64,000 bases of DNA from Octopus vulgaris (taxonomy: Eukaryota): assembly GCA_951406725.2 (NCBI GenBank), contig OX597820.1, forward strand, positions 60,140,001-60,204,000. The letters are read 5' to 3'. The translations under genes and the position numbers were made by a program. This document shows, one piece after another, positions 26,126 to 39,894 of the stretch (its first letter is position 1; the number at the start of each line of letters is the position of its first letter). Under the pieces are notes generated by a model that worked only from the letters and a program-made list of their open reading frames with translations, searched no databases and was not told where the DNA came from.

Positions 26126-27390
26126 CGAAGGTGGGCTGCAAAGTTAATAGGCTGACCGAGAAGGAGTGACGCTAGAGCTGTGAAATCTTGCATGCATTAA
26201 TTTTAGCTCTTATTAATAATTGAAGTGTTTCTTTACAGCTAAACCGACACCTGACTGTTCTAAGAAGACTTCAAATGCAACTAGTAGCGACTTCTCTTGA
26301 AAATTGACAAAATATGGCATCGTGGTGTTATCAAGTACCTGCAGAAAAAGGGTTTAGCCCCCAAGGACATTCACGCTCACAAAGTTGCTACATTAGGGAA
26401 TGACACTTCAGCTTTACCAACAGTGAGCAGCTGAATTTAGGAAGGGAAAGGAGAGTCTAGAAGATGACCGAAGGTCTGGACGTCCTGTAACAGCCACCGC
26501 CAAGGAAAAACATTGATTGTGTTCACCACACGGGGAAGGGAAGACAGGATATTGCGTACAAATCAAATAGGCAATGCTATTAGTATATCCCGTGAGAAAT
26601 TTGAGAATATTCTGTACAATGAAATTGGTAAGACGAAAGTGTCTACTCGGTAGGTGCCATGTCTACAAACACCTGGCCAAAAGCGCAACAAGCTGATTAC
26701 ATTACGGGAAAGTCTGCCATTGTTCACAGCAGATCCAGCTAGTTTCCTTGAATGTTTCCTTAAGTCAGGACGAGTGTTGGGTTCATCACTTAGAAGTAGA
26801 GACAAAGAGGCAAGCTATACAATAGAAACACTCCTCACCTGTTCCAAAGAAGGATAACGTTGTTTCATCTGCAGGGAATGTGATGGTCTCAGTTTTTTGG
26901 GATGGAAAAAGCATTGTGTTTATTGACTATCTACACCATCAAGGGAGAGTACTATGCCAACTTGAAACAGTTACAAAAAACTACCCAGATCAAACGCTCA
27001 GGAAAACTGACGAAAGAGGTCTTGTTTCATCAGGATAATATTTCAGTATACAAGTCATTGGTTTCAATGGCTGCTGTGCGCGACTCTGGCTCTGAACTGG
27101 CTGATTACTTTCTCCATTCTCTTGATTAGGTCCCATCTCACTATCATCTGTTCTCCAACATGAAAAAACACTTGACTGGGAACTAGTATCGCAGTGATGA
27201 TGACGTCATATCTGTTATTGATGACTTTTTTGATTAACAGGAAGAAAACTTCTTCACCAGTCCAAGTACTGCAACACCGATGGAAAAAATGTGTGGACCT
27301 CGAAGGGTGCTATGCTGAAAAATAAACCTCATTTGGTCACATTCCATGAGAATATATTGGTCAGCCTATGAACTTTTCAACCGACCCTCG
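26126..27390 (+). mobile_element. mariner transposon, full-length but decayed (~1.27 kb)
   Basis: TIRs CGAAGGTGGGCTGCAAAGTTAATAGGCTGACC / GGTCAGCCTATGAACTTTTCAACCGACCCTCG; remnants EDDRRSGRP, MVSVFWD, LFHQDN and a YSPDL-like PSHYHLF region. Confidence 0.9.
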
Positions 27391-27469
27391 GAGGCACCAG
27401 TTGAACCTCTACGGTACCGTTCTGCAGTGGCGCTTTCTGTGTCGTTCCACCCAACATAGAATGAATAAA

Positions 27470-29695
27470 TAATTAAATAATAGCAGACGTTCTCTGCTCG
27501 TAAATAATAAAAAAAAGGCAAGTCACGATAATTAACACACAAACAGTTGCAACAAGAACACTAACAAAAATAATCATGGCGTCGCTTCGCTGACGAAAAT
27601 TAGGACGGCTGTGGTCCATATTGTCTGCACGCTCGTTCGTGGCCGGTAAGGCCGATGTGGGATCGACATATCCGATTGCAGTGATGACAGGGGTATGGTT
27701 GTCCATTATTTTTTTTGCCTCTGACGTTTCTCTTCAAGAGAGACACACCAAGAGATCTCAAAGGAGGAAACAACATCGCTGATGGTATGTCGACAAACGA
27801 CGCGGTCAGCAGTTAGAGTGGACTACTCACGATAATCAATGTCACAAACGCTAAGGGACTGCTTCAGGCAGTCCTTGTAACGCTTCCATGGTGCTCCCTG
27901 ATGCGGTGGTGAGTGGTGAGCTCACCGTACATGATGATCTGGGATAGGCGGTGATCTTTCATCCTGCCTAATGTGCCCTGCCTAACGCAGTTGTGTCTCA
28001 AGTAAAATGGTTTCCAGGCTGGTGACCTTAGCTCGCTCAAGGACCTCAGTGTTGGTGATGTAGTCGCTCCGGTAAATGTTGAGGATGGTACGGAAGCAGT
28101 ATTGGTGAAAACGTTCAAGGAACCTGAGATAATAGTAGTAGGGGACCCATAACTCAGAGCCATATTGGAACGTCGTGAGAACGACGGCCCTGTGGACGCT
28201 GACTTTTGTGCTGATCCTAAAATGCTTGTTGTTCCACACACGTTTGTACAGTCTGCCAAATGCTTTGTTTGCTTTTGCAAGTCTGTTGTCAATTTCTTTG
28301 TAGAAATTGGCATCTGATGAAATGATACATCCAAGATAAGTGAACTGCTGTACTAACTTCAGTTTTCTTTCAGCAATGGTGATGTGGGGTAGGCTGTACT
28401 CTTCCCGAGGAGCTGGCTGGTGTAGGACTTCAGTCTCTTTCAAGCTCATTTCCAACCTGAAGAGCTGGGCGGCCTCTGCAAAGCAGGATGTGATGCGTTG
28501 CAGGGCTTTCTCTGTGTGCGACAAGCGCGGCATCACCTGCAAAGAGGAGATTCAGGATCAGTTGCTCATGAGTCTTGGTCTTGGCCTGTAGGTGCCAGAG
28601 GTTGAAAAGATTGCATCCAGACGGTACCTGATGTAGACGCCGTCTTCAGCGTCGAGGTCTGCAGTGGCCTGCTTGAACATCATGCTGAAGAAGATGCTGA
28701 AGAGAGTTAGTGCCAGGACACAACCCTGTTTTATGCCGTTGTTAATGGGAAATGGCTAAGATATGTCGCTATTCAGGCGGGCTTGTCGTTGTTGGTCTTT
28801 GTGAAGCTGGATGATCATGATTAGGAATTTTGGGGGACAGCCAAATCGGTTTAGGATTTGTCACAGGCCTTTCCTGCTCACAGTGCCGAACGCTTTCGTC
28901 AGATCGACAAATGTTACATAAAGTGGTTTATTTTGCTCGCGGTACTTTTCTTGGAGCTGTCTGAGAATGAAAACCATATCTGTTGTGCTCTTGTTGGCCC
29001 TGAAACCTCATTGGCTTTCTGGAAGATGATTTTCGGCAATAGACAGAACAAGTCTGTTGAGGAATAATCTTACCAGAACTTTTCCTGCAATGGATAGCAG
29101 GGTGATCCCCCGGTAGTCTGAGCAGTCTAACATTTCCCCTTTGTTTTTGTACAGTGTAATGATGACAGCATCGCAAAGATCTTGTGGCAGCTTGCCCTGT
29201 TCCCAGCATGCAACGAGGAGCTCGTAGAGTTTAGCATGTATGACAGGACCCCCATGCTTCCATATCTCTGGTAGTATGCCATCGACTCCTGGTGCCCTTC
29301 TACTCTTCAGCCATCCAATGGTAACTGTTGTTTTTTCCAGGGATGGAGGCTCGTCTAGTTCCACTCAGACTGGTTGCTGCTGGATGTGAAGGATTGCGTT
29401 TTCCTGGACAACTCGGGCTGCACTGAAGACGGCCTGAAAGTATTCAGACCAGCGGTTGAAGATGGATGCTGTGTCTGGGAAGCGCTTGGCCTTCTGAGCC
29501 GCGCAGGGGACTCCGGAGTTGATGTGCTTGATGTGTTGGGTTGTAAACTGCCTTGAGTGCTTCGCAGAACCCACTGTAGTCGCCAGAATCAGCGCACAGC
29601 TGTGTTCTCCGTGGCCCACCACTCATTCTGAACTTCATGGAGTTTGCGTTGCAGAAAGCTGCAGGCTTGGCGAAAGGCCGCTTTACTCAGTGGCG
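27470..29695 (-). mobile_element. RTE-clade LINE, 5'-truncated, frameshifted ORF2
   Basis: APGVDGILPEIWKHGG; YRGITLLSIAGK; KQGCVLA; LLFAGDAAL (YADD position); FTYLGCIISSD. Confidence 0.9.
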
Positions 29696-30404
29696 TAGTA
29701 ACCCTTAGGTTACTGACCTCACTTAGGCACCTAAGCTTAGACAAGAAACCCAATAGTGCTAGCCCCATAAAGGCACTCAAAACAACACACTCAGAACTTA
29801 CAAAGTCCTCCATGGAGTACATAAGATCCCACTTCTCGCCCAATCTTTTAGATTTGTACCTACACGACATATCTAGACCTTCACAAAGTGTACACACAGC
29901 TTTCTACACAACCCTTAATCTCATATACTCGTACTACAATCATTCTCTCTATCAAACCAGTAATATAGGAGAACATCAAATACAACTAACCTTTTCACTC
30001 AAGAGATTAAACATTCGGGAGCCAAAAAACATTATGAGCTACATACAACTCCTCCACAACATTCATAACCATACATAAACTGGGACTCTGTCGGTTACGA
30101 TGACGAGGGTTCCAGTTGATCTGATCAACGGAACAGCCGGCTCGTGAAATCAACCAGATATAAAAATAGGTTTGCAAAGGGCCAATACACCTACAGTCAG
30201 AGTCGAGAACAGTGGAGAACGATATTGATAACCTATGCTCCACATAGAAACTAAGGGCTCAAGTAAAAGTAAGTTCGAAGTACCCAAAGCACCATCTCAA
30301 GTTGTACATACAGAAAAGACTGCACAACAATACAAAAATACTGGAAATATCACAGTAAGTTCTAATTACCAAGTCCCAATCAACTACGAACGTAAAGAGA
30401 GACG

Positions 30405-30606
30405 AAATGCTGCTAACCATTTTCCCCAGTGTACTAACAATTCTGCCAGCTCTCCACCTTCGTCGCCTTTCCAATATTGAGTCGACTTTGCCTTTCATCC
30501 TTTAGGGCATTGACAAAATAAGTACCAGTTGTGCACTGGGGTCGATGGAATCGACTTGCCCTCACTTTCTCAAAATTGCTGGCCTTGTGCCAAAATTTGA
30601 AACCAA
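30405..30606 (+). mobile_element. Nin/Deu-domain SINE fragments
   Basis: GTCGACTTTGCCTTTCATCC..AAGTACCAG..GGCCTTGTGCC. Confidence 0.65.
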
Positions 30607-31711
30607 TATTGATAATAATATCAATTATTACATCACAAAACTATCTCGTGAAGAATAATAGAAAACAAAACAGGAATATAAGAAAGAAAAAACAGAACGG
30701 TTTTCTGTTCTCAAGGAAGTCAGCAAATACAAAATAGAAGCTACAATGAAAGAGATTACAAGAAAAAAAAGGCGACAACGATAGAAATTGAAAAATGCTA
30801 AAGACTAAGATGGGGCCACCGCATGTCATGTTAAATCTATGGTAAACATACTCTATGCATGGCCATTATCTGTGCTCATCAGGGCTGCACTAACTTCATT
30901 ACCTTCAGTTTCTGTTTACTCCGCAAACATGTATTCAAAATGTTCAGTTCTATAGATGCCCATAAGCAACTTAGATTGAATAAGAAAAAGCCGACGTTTT
31001 CATGGAAGCTAAGTTATAACTGTTATAGACTTTGAGAATCTATCAGGTACGTTTCACAATAGGTACATGTTTCACAATATCGAAGTCTACTTCCTTATCA
31101 ATCTGCTCTTTATCTATTCTTTCGTCTTTCAAAACGTCTAGTGTCTCGTTGGCTGTTTGAAGGCCAACTTCATACAGTTCCAGGGAGAGATAAACTCTTC
31201 TTATGTTTTTATTCGCAGTAAAAAGTATCAACATGAAATGAAATAGAACTAGATATGCTCCTATCGTCTAATAAAATTGTGTGTTGAATGACTTAGAATA
31301 CATGAAAACGAATAAAAAATTCTATGGAAGCAAATCTGCAACATATTGAATTGATTTTGGACAGTACTCTAATGAATAAAAAGAAATCCACAGCTCCCAC
31401 AAAAAAGGTATTTAATTGAACAGGTGAAAAAAGCAATGTGGGATGTACCAAATATAGTCGAAAGTCACATAATTCACACTGCGACTGATTTAATGTCTGT
31501 TCAACCCAAGCTAAATACTGTGTTAAATAGATTAAAACTCAACATTAAAACAAAAAAATCAATATTCCATAGAACCATTCGTATCAAAATTATGCTTTTT
31601 GGTCAAGGATTGCCAGTATTATGTCTCCAACGAAATGAGTCGATATACAATTATCTGTATTCAAAGATTCAAAGAAAAAGTTCACCAGTGAATGTAATCA
31701 GTGTATTCTAA

Positions 31712-32030
31712 TACTCCGTCAGTTACGATGACGAGGGTTCCAGTTGATCCGATTAGCAGAACAGCCTGCTCGTGAAATTAACGTGAAAGTGGCTGAGCAC
31801 TCCACAGACACGAGCACCCTTCACGTAGTTCTCAGCGAGATTCAGCGTTTCACAGAATGTGACAAGGCTGGCCTTTTGAAATACAGGTACTACTCATTTT
31901 TGCTAGCCGAGTGAACTGGAGCAACATGAAATAAAGCGTCTTGCTCAAGGACATAATGCACGGCTGGTTATCGAACTCACAACTTTACGATTGCGAGCTG
32001 AATACCATAACCACCAAGCCACATACCTTC
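31712..32030 (-). mobile_element. tRNA-derived SINE
   Basis: Same family as 17575-17875, with head near 32030. Confidence 0.75.
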
Positions 32031-33795
32031 ACGTGTATACTAGATAAAGATATTCAGCCAGCACAAAGTCACACTCTTATCTCTGGAGAACGATAACGAG
32101 ATCCAAAGAAGATAAACAAGATGGGCTACAAGAGCCAAATAGGACTGCGGGTCAACGACAAACATTCTGGTTATTTCAAACACGCATAAGTTACATTATA
32201 CTAATAAGCTACCGTCCACTCATCATGAAAGGAAATTGCTGCGCAATGGGGCTGCAAAAAAATTTTCTCAGTATGGTTTGTAGGAGGTGCCATAGAATCG
32301 GCTATAATGGGAAATTATGCCAAACGTTCGAAAATCTAACAAATTAAACAATGAAGATTTCCTAAATTGTATTACGAATTATTAGGCATATATTGTACAT
32401 AAACATGTAGATAAAGCTTTAGAAAAATATTTATCTTAACCCAAACAAACATTTGTAAAACAGAAAACTGATACAGGATCTCAGTCAATGTATTCTACTT
32501 CCACGAGTAGATCATTTGATACTTGTAGTCTGCTGATTCCTACGTCTGAATTATCAGGTTGGGCAAGATCTCCTTGATTCATGTGAGATAGAACTAAGAT
32601 ATGCAGGGCATCAGAGAGAAATATTGCAATGTGGAACAAGACTGCTTTAGGGCCCCGCGGGTTGTGACATTCTCAAAATTGATATTTAAGGCCCAAATGA
32701 ATCTTAAATACTCAATTTTGGGTTCTTTGAATAATTATTTTTTGCAGAAAATATGGTTATAATAAATACCAATAAAGACAGATTTTGGTTTATGATTACG
32801 AAAACACGACTAACATGTTAAAATATCTGAGTTTATCTGAATTATGACTACTAGTAAACTTTCGTAAATGCTATATTTTCTGTGCACTAGAATGACCAGA
32901 TAACAATATACGTTACACAAAGCAATGATAAAACTATTCAGTGAAAGAAATGAATTTCTCTGGCCCGTTATCTGCGAACATTTTGTATAAAATTATCAAA
33001 ACCAACTTCACTGATAAAACTTGAATCAAAATTCAATATTACTAAGTTAACAAATCAGGTTTCAACATGGCAGAGTTTTCGACGTTTGAGTTTTCTAAAA
33101 GATTCTGTCGCAGCTACCGCAGCTGGAAATGTTAACAATAGTCTCAAACTGTCACAAACATTTGGAAACAGCTCACAGAGTTTATATTCAATTAATAAAT
33201 TTAATCAACGGCAAATGTGTTCCAAATTTTTTTCTCTGTACTAACGGTAAGTAAATATGGCGTTTCAGTAGCAAAAATTTCATCATTTAAGTTAATAAAT
33301 TATCGATGTGCTAACTTGTGACTTTTTTTGCAGATACAGTGGAGTATTTTTTAGAAGAAACAGACACATTTTAACAGACGTTTTAATCACGGAAACGTAA
33401 ATTTAACTCTGCAATAACATTAACTAATCAAAACATAGCACAGATTTTTTTCGAGTTTGGCCTCTTCTGTTGTATCATCTGCACCTGGCTAGCATCAGGT
33501 GTTCTGTCGTTGTGTGCCTTTCTTTGCTTCTGATTAACTCTTTCGCTGCCTTGAAGGCTTTGGTCAATCAGATCGACTCGAATATTTAGTTTTTATAATC
33601 TCGTACTTATCCTACTGTCTCTTTTTGCCGAACCTCCAGGTTACGTGTACGTAAACAAGCCAACAACAGTTGTTAAGTGGTAAGAGACAAACGCAAGCGC
33701 GGACGCACTCAGTTTTCTAAGAATCTATGAGTCAGAAAAAATAGGCACTTGTACATGTGTCAATAGAGAGGGTATATTAATTATTTATGCAATAT

Positions 33796-33827
<32 letters not shown>

Positions 33828-33870
33828 CACAACTGATTCCTTCACAGTTTCCACCTACCAAATTTCACAG

Positions 33871-34041
33871 TAGGCGTAGGAGTGGCTGTGTGGTAAGTAG
33901 CTTGCTTACGAACCACATGGTTCCATATTCAGTCCCACTGCGTGGCACCTTGGGCAAGTGTCTTTTACTAAAGCTTCGGGCCGAACAAAACCTTGTGTGT
34001 GGATTTGGTAGACGGAAACTGAAAGAAGCCCGTCGAATATA

Positions 34042-34091
<50 letters not shown>

Positions 34092-34275
34092 TGTGTCTGT
34101 GTTTGTACCCCAACATCGCTTGACAACCGATGCTGGTGTGTTTACGTCCCCGTAAATTAGCGGTTCGGCAAAAGAGACCGATAGAATAAGTACTAAGCTT
34201 ACAAAGAATACGTCCTGGGGTCGATTTTCTCGACTAAAAAGGCAGGGCTCCAGCATGGCCACAGTCAAATGACTG
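33871..34275 (+). mobile_element. Complete SINE with internal (TG)n
   Basis: Head GGCGTAGGAGTGGCTGTGTGGTAAG, core GGCACCTTGGGCAAGTG, tail CTCCAGCATGGCCACAGTCAAATGACTGA. Confidence 0.85.
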
Positions 34276-35774
34276 ACCACTGATTGGTGGGCGGGGTATA
34301 TAATAGAAAAGACAGACCCAAAGAGCCACGTAGCGGGACTGAATTGGAAACCACATGTTTCCGAAGCAAATCTCTTAACCACATAGCCATATGTATATAT
34401 TATATTATCAATGAACCGAAATAATGAGTTTTTGAAGGATACTTAATATAGCGAGCTTTTCGTTTTGAATGTGTGCGGAGGGAGGTGTGGGGCTTGTGTT
34501 TTAAATCGTATGCTCTCTTATCAGCTGTGCAGATATGTTAATTATAAAACTAACTCTTAATTTACACATTATTGACTAATTGCTGACATGTTGCACATAT
34601 TAGTCAGTTATTATCATGCTTTGAAATGTGTTTGATGAATTTACCGAATTCAATGATCTGAACACTTGCCCTCTTCACCCACGTACTAGACAGTCTATGC
34701 TTTATGTGTATCACAATGTGTTTACCGTAACATAATTTTTTCAGGGCGAATGTATTATCCATGGGCACTCAGATGTTGTTCCTCTTTTATAAACTACGTA
34801 GAGTACCTTAATCATAATCCAGTAGAGTGAAACCCTGGTTCACTTATAACATACAATATCACAGTCGTAAAGATACAAACTAAAATTTTCTGCAATGAGA
34901 AATTTGCTATGTGCGTGTGCAACGTGTTAAATGTTAATATCAATCAATCAATCAATTAATCAATCAATCAAGGTAAAACCAAACAAAACTAAACAAACTG
35001 TAAGTAAACAAGAGAATGAACGTCGGCGGATTTGAATTCCTAAATAAAAAATTATGGAAATATTTCTAATGTCGTTCGAATTGATTCATGCTTTTCTATT
35101 GTTATTGGTATAAATGTTACAACTGCTATTAGTTCTATTACAGCTATCACATTTTTTTTACTACTACTACTACTCGGGAATGGAAAACATCTTTAAGATA
35201 AGTGTTACAGAACAACAAGATGTAACGTTATCATGCATGTCACTCAACTTTGCAACATTAGTCGGCATATCTTGTGCAGAAAAGTAAATCAACATGTATA
35301 AGGAAATATATATAAAGTGAAACAGATAAAAAATCTCCCAGATTATTGCAAGCATAAAACAATGGAAAAATTTTTACAGCCACAATTTTTACTTTTAACT
35401 CCATCCGGTAAAGTGATTACAATGATATTGCATTTTTCAGAATATCTTAAGCAAGACCACAACAATTGAGGAAGGAAAAACATTATTATTAATAAACTAT
35501 ATTTCTACAAATATTCATGAACGTATTAAGTTATGTAAATACTTTACAAATTGCCTTAGCGAACTAGAGACCCTCTTCTTTTAATACAAATGTTGAAACT
35601 AAACTGGATGAAATTTCTTACAGCTGTTAATAATATGTGTTGTGCATTAACTGCAGCAGTTGCATTTCAAAGCTATGTATAATATTGTGCAATGTGAAAT
35701 TTATCATGTGCTCATGAATATAATAATATAAATAATATCAATCAAAGTGTGCATGCGGTGGTTCAACTGTCATA

Positions 35775-36640
35775 TGGGTGGAAAGTAATTAGGCATTAGA
35801 AATTGCTTATAGAATTTTTAGTATCACTAAAGTCATGACGAAAACACTTTTTAAACAGACAACACTAATAGGGATTTCTTATTTTCTTATCTTATTTCTT
35901 ATTTCTTATTTTCCAGATGGCCTGTCGCTTGACTGATCAGGAGCGAGCTAAGATAGCAGCACGCTATGAAGTGTGGAATTCCATTGTTTTGGTTCAGAGA
36001 TGGTGGCGTTCATGGGAAGGTAAGCATGCAACACTACGTTCGGAGACAACTTGGTCATGCAAAGCTGATGACCACGGGCTCTGTGAACGATGCAAGAAGA
36101 AGTGGCCATCCAACCATATCCCGATCGGCAGAGAACGTGGTAACAGTGCAGGAAGTGTTTAATCGCATCCCACAAAAACCAACACGTCAAGTAGCTCGGG
36201 AAAGTGGACTAAAAAGACAAACAATGCGTACGGTGTTGCATGAAGAATTGAATTTTCGTCCGTGGAAACCCCATTACGTGCAGGAGCTAAAACCTGAAGA
36301 CTGTGACCGCAGAAGTTCAGAACTTCAAGAAGTCCAGATCTCACTCTATGTGATTTTTACCTGTGCGGTTACACAAAAGAAGGGATGTACAAGACAAAAC
36401 CTTGGAGACACGGATTCAGGAGGTTCTCAGTGATATTCCAGATGACGTCCTTCAGAAGGTTGTTCATTCCAGCCCTGGTCGTTTGAGGAAACTGGTTGAC
36501 GCCACAGGTGCTTACGTTGAAATATGAAGATTTACTTTCATTTTCCCGTGTAATAAAGAACATTTGTAATTTGCTTCGATAATTTTATAAAAGGAATATG
36601 GATTTTATTACCAATTTCTAATGCCTACTTACTTTTCATC

Positions 36641-36643
<3 letters not shown>
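35775..36643 (+). mobile_element. Tc1/mariner-superfamily element, internally deleted
   Basis: TIR-like GAAAGTAATTAGGCATTAGAAATTG / CAATTTCTAATGCCTACTTACTTTTC; frameshifted HTH region MACRLTDQERAKIAARYE..TGSVNDARRSGHP..; catalytic region mostly missing. Confidence 0.8.
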
Positions 36644-36704
<61 letters not shown>

Positions 36705-36812
36705 CAAATACATGTGTGTGTGTGTGTTTGTATGTGCGTATTCACACATATGTATGTATATTTATGCATGCATGTTTATATATATAGGTATATGTATATG
36801 TATACTAGGTAT

Positions 36813-37227
36813 CTATTTCACTGGTAAGGTCAGAATAAGTCAAAAACATTTCCAGCGTTGCTCCCCGTATTTGCCGGAATAGTTAGAATAATGTTACTTG
36901 TGGACTAATATAGTTTTTTTTTTCTCGCCACACAGCAATTTCTAGTTAACTTTTCAACGCTCGTTATGTTGGTTATGCTAACATTCAATTGATTCATACG
37001 GTAAAAGGAAAAATTTTCTAAATTTTTTGAATATCCACAGTAATTTTTCCTTTTTCCGAACGGGTTAATTGAATGTTAACATAATTGTTATAAGTTAACT
37101 AGAAATTGCAGTGCGACGAGAAAAAAAACAATATTAGTCAATAGCTAATATTATTTTAATTATTCCAGCAAACGGGGAGCAACGCTGGAAATGTTTCGAG
37201 CTTATTGTGATCTTACCAGCGAAATAG
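36813..37227. mobile_element. Foldback/MITE element with ~200-bp imperfect inverted arms
   Basis: For example AACATTTCCAGCGTTGCTCCCCG vs CGGGGAGCAACGCTGGAAATGTT, and GCAATTTCTAGTTAAC vs GTTAACTAGAAATTGC. Confidence 0.8.
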
Positions 37228-37357
37228 TTCCCCGTATTTGCCAAAGTATTGATGGAAGAATTACAGAGTAAACTTATAATATTATTTGGTGGTTGGCGTA
37301 GTAAATTTATATTTGTTTAGAAAATATCTCAAACTAGAAACAGTAAAATTCAAATAC

Positions 37358-38311
37358 TTACTCATTTCTTCTGTAGCAGTTGAACATGATTCCTAACTGT
37401 TGCCGAAAGTTAGTATCACAGTTGATGTAAATGCAAACATTAAGTGAAATTCCAGTCAGTTGGATCAAATAGCAGATGGTTTTTGCAAGGTCTAAACCAG
37501 CCAAGGCAGTGTCATCTGTTTTGTAAACAGAATCGACAATCATTTCAATACAGATTGGTAAGGTTGTTGCTAGGAACAACCAAGTGAGTTTCATGACAAG
37601 GCGTGTCATTCGGGCAGCTCGTTGAGTGATGTATGAATTGGCATTTCTTTGGCCCTCGGTGAGTGATCTACGAAAATTACTTTGCTTTTTCATAACTAAC
37701 ATGAAATATATGTTACCTACAAGCATGATGGTGAAGGGAATCAGGCACAAAAATGCCAAATCAATGAATACAAAAACAAAATCTTCGAAGTGTTCTATAT
37801 CCGCATTTTTGGAAACACAATCATTGTTCTGTACTTCATTTGTGAAGAAGTAATGACAATCTACCAAAGCTAGGAAAATGAAGACACAGACTAGTACTGT
37901 AATTGATACTTTCGTAGTCCATAGTCGTTTAAAAGTGAAAGGTCTGTGAATAAGAAGACAACGTTGAATAGTCATAATGACAATAATCCAAGCTGAATAT
38001 TGCATACTAACGTAAGTAATAAATAAATTGAACTGGCATCCGAAACTAGAAAAGCTACGCATATTAACATTTACTACGTATTCAGTCCAGTATTTAGGAA
38101 GAACAGTACACAGTATAACCATGTCAGTTACTGCCAATACACTTCTGAAAATTATTGAAGAATTTACCCCCTCTTTGCGTTTGAACACTAAAATAGTAAT
38201 AACAAGACAGTTTCCTGTAACTCCAACAAATAACAGGATCGGAGAGAAAAATCCCCACATGACTTTGGACGCAGTTTCTGATGAACTGTAATCTGCTGAA
38301 CTATTATTCAT
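37358..38311 (-). CDS. Rhodopsin-class (class A) GPCR, FMRFamide/peptide-receptor-like, 317 aa, single coding exon
   Basis: Uninterrupted ORF from ATG at 38311 (MNNSS, N-glycosylation site); seven hydrophobic segments; GN in TM1, LAVTD in TM2, C..SAWIIVIMTIQR in TM3, P in TM5 and TM6, NVCIY in TM7; splice acceptor TTCTTTTCACAG at ~38358-38369 just upstream. Confidence 0.9.
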   Translation of the reverse strand: MNNSSADYSSSETASKVMWGFFSPILLFVGVTGNCLVITILVFKRKEGVNSSIIFRSVLAVTDMVILCTVLPKYWTEYVVNVNMRSFSSFGCQFNLFITYVSMQYSAWIIVIMTIQRCLLIHRPFTFKRLWTTKVSITVLVCVFIFLALVDCHYFFTNEVQNNDCVSKNADIEHFEDFVFVFIDLAFLCLIPFTIMLVGNIYFMLVMKKQSNFRRSLTEGQRNANSYITQRAARMTRLVMKLTWLFLATTLPICIEMIVDSVYKTDDTALAGLDLAKTICYLIQLTGISLNVCIYINCDTNFRQQLGIMFNCYRRNE

Positions 38312-38467
38312 TGTTGAGAAGTTTGGTAATCCGATAATCAATCCTGGTTAAAATGTCCTGTGAAAAGAATATATTATATGGTTTGAAAGAAAGGCAAAAA
38401 CACTAGTTGTACAACGTTTAATTGGTTAAACAATAAAGAATACAATATATTATACATGTATTTACGT

Positions 38468-38552
38468 ATACATACATACATACATACATACATACATACA
38501 TACATACATACATACATACATACATACATACATACATACATACATACATACA
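38468..38552. repeat. (TACA)n microsatellite
   Basis: Seen directly. Confidence 0.95.
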
Positions 38553-39689
38553 TTGCTTTCTTGTGAGGGTTTCGAACATATATGCCGTGAATATGAATGA
38601 TATGAAAAAAAACTTTGGTCTGGTTACGACATTTTCAAAAGATACAAGAATGGAATTTGGCCAGGATAAATATATTCTTAAATGGTTGTAAAACTAGAGA
38701 GAACTCCAAGCCCATTTAATAACATTTCTGTCAGTTTCTTCGATAATTGTTAAGATGAATTAAAATATAGTTCAGATGAATGGAAGATGAATGAAAATAT
38801 CGCCTATGATATTTAACAAGGAATTTGGTTTTTAAGAAACTCACAATATGTTTGCTGTAGCAGAACGCATACCACCATTTGGGCTTATTAAACTGAATGC
38901 CAGATAAGATCCAGGATATTGATGAAAACTGATAACTCATCCCAAATATTTCAACACCAACACTGATATAGACTACTTCGGAAAATTATTTCAAGGTAGT
39001 AAAAGCTTAACATCGATTCAAACAGTTCTTGAATGTCACATTGTATCCTTTCGACATCTACTAACCATCAAGTGTCAAAGTTCTGCCATTGACCACATCT
39101 GCATACATGAGGCAGATAACATCATGGGAGCTGGACAAGAGAAAGTATTCCCTGAGTGATGTCCCGGGTCATACACCTAGAAAAGTTGCACAACCCTATT
39201 GCAACAGGTCACCAGAAGAGAAGATGTGTATAGATCACCAAAATGTCACGCAGAGCTATATTGAGAGTGACAACAACATTGATAACAGAGCAGTTTATTT
39301 CGGACTAGTAACTGGAATATTAACTTTCACTTTGAAGGATAAGTTTTTACATTATAGGAGTAAGAAATAACAACAACACAGAAAAAAAAATTGATGCACA
39401 ATGGAGACAAGAGAGCAATAGAGATAGGAGAGCGCAATAAAGAAAAGAGAGCACAATAGAACTAAGAGAGCAGTTACAACAATAAATGCAGACTGTGGAA
39501 TTAACATCGAAGAAATCACCACATCATAAGTAATCGTCTGAAAATGTCATCGCAATACTTCCTACATATGAAGAGTGATGTAACTTGAACATTATACAAA
39601 GCAGTTCATAGGAACGATAATCCTGAGATATAAATATCGGAAGCTATAGTGAAGTGAAGGGCATAATAATACATAATACATAAGATAGT

Positions 39690-39842
39690 GAAGATGCCGA
39701 CGACCGCTCGGTTCAAAGTCTCTCTTGACCAGAAATAGCCTGAACTCTTTGCATGAACACCGTCCCTGTACATAACTCCATGTCCCCATACATGGCCTTG
39801 CTTTTTGCTTTTTGAGCCCCAAAAATTAACTTAACTTAACAT
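39690..39842 (+). mobile_element. CR1-type LINE extreme 3' fragment
   Basis: Homologous to the end of 40250-40795; (TTAAC)n tail. Confidence 0.7.
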
Positions 39843-39894
39843 AATAGACAGAATACTAATGGCATGTTTCTGCCCAGGCTTCAATATCATGTAA

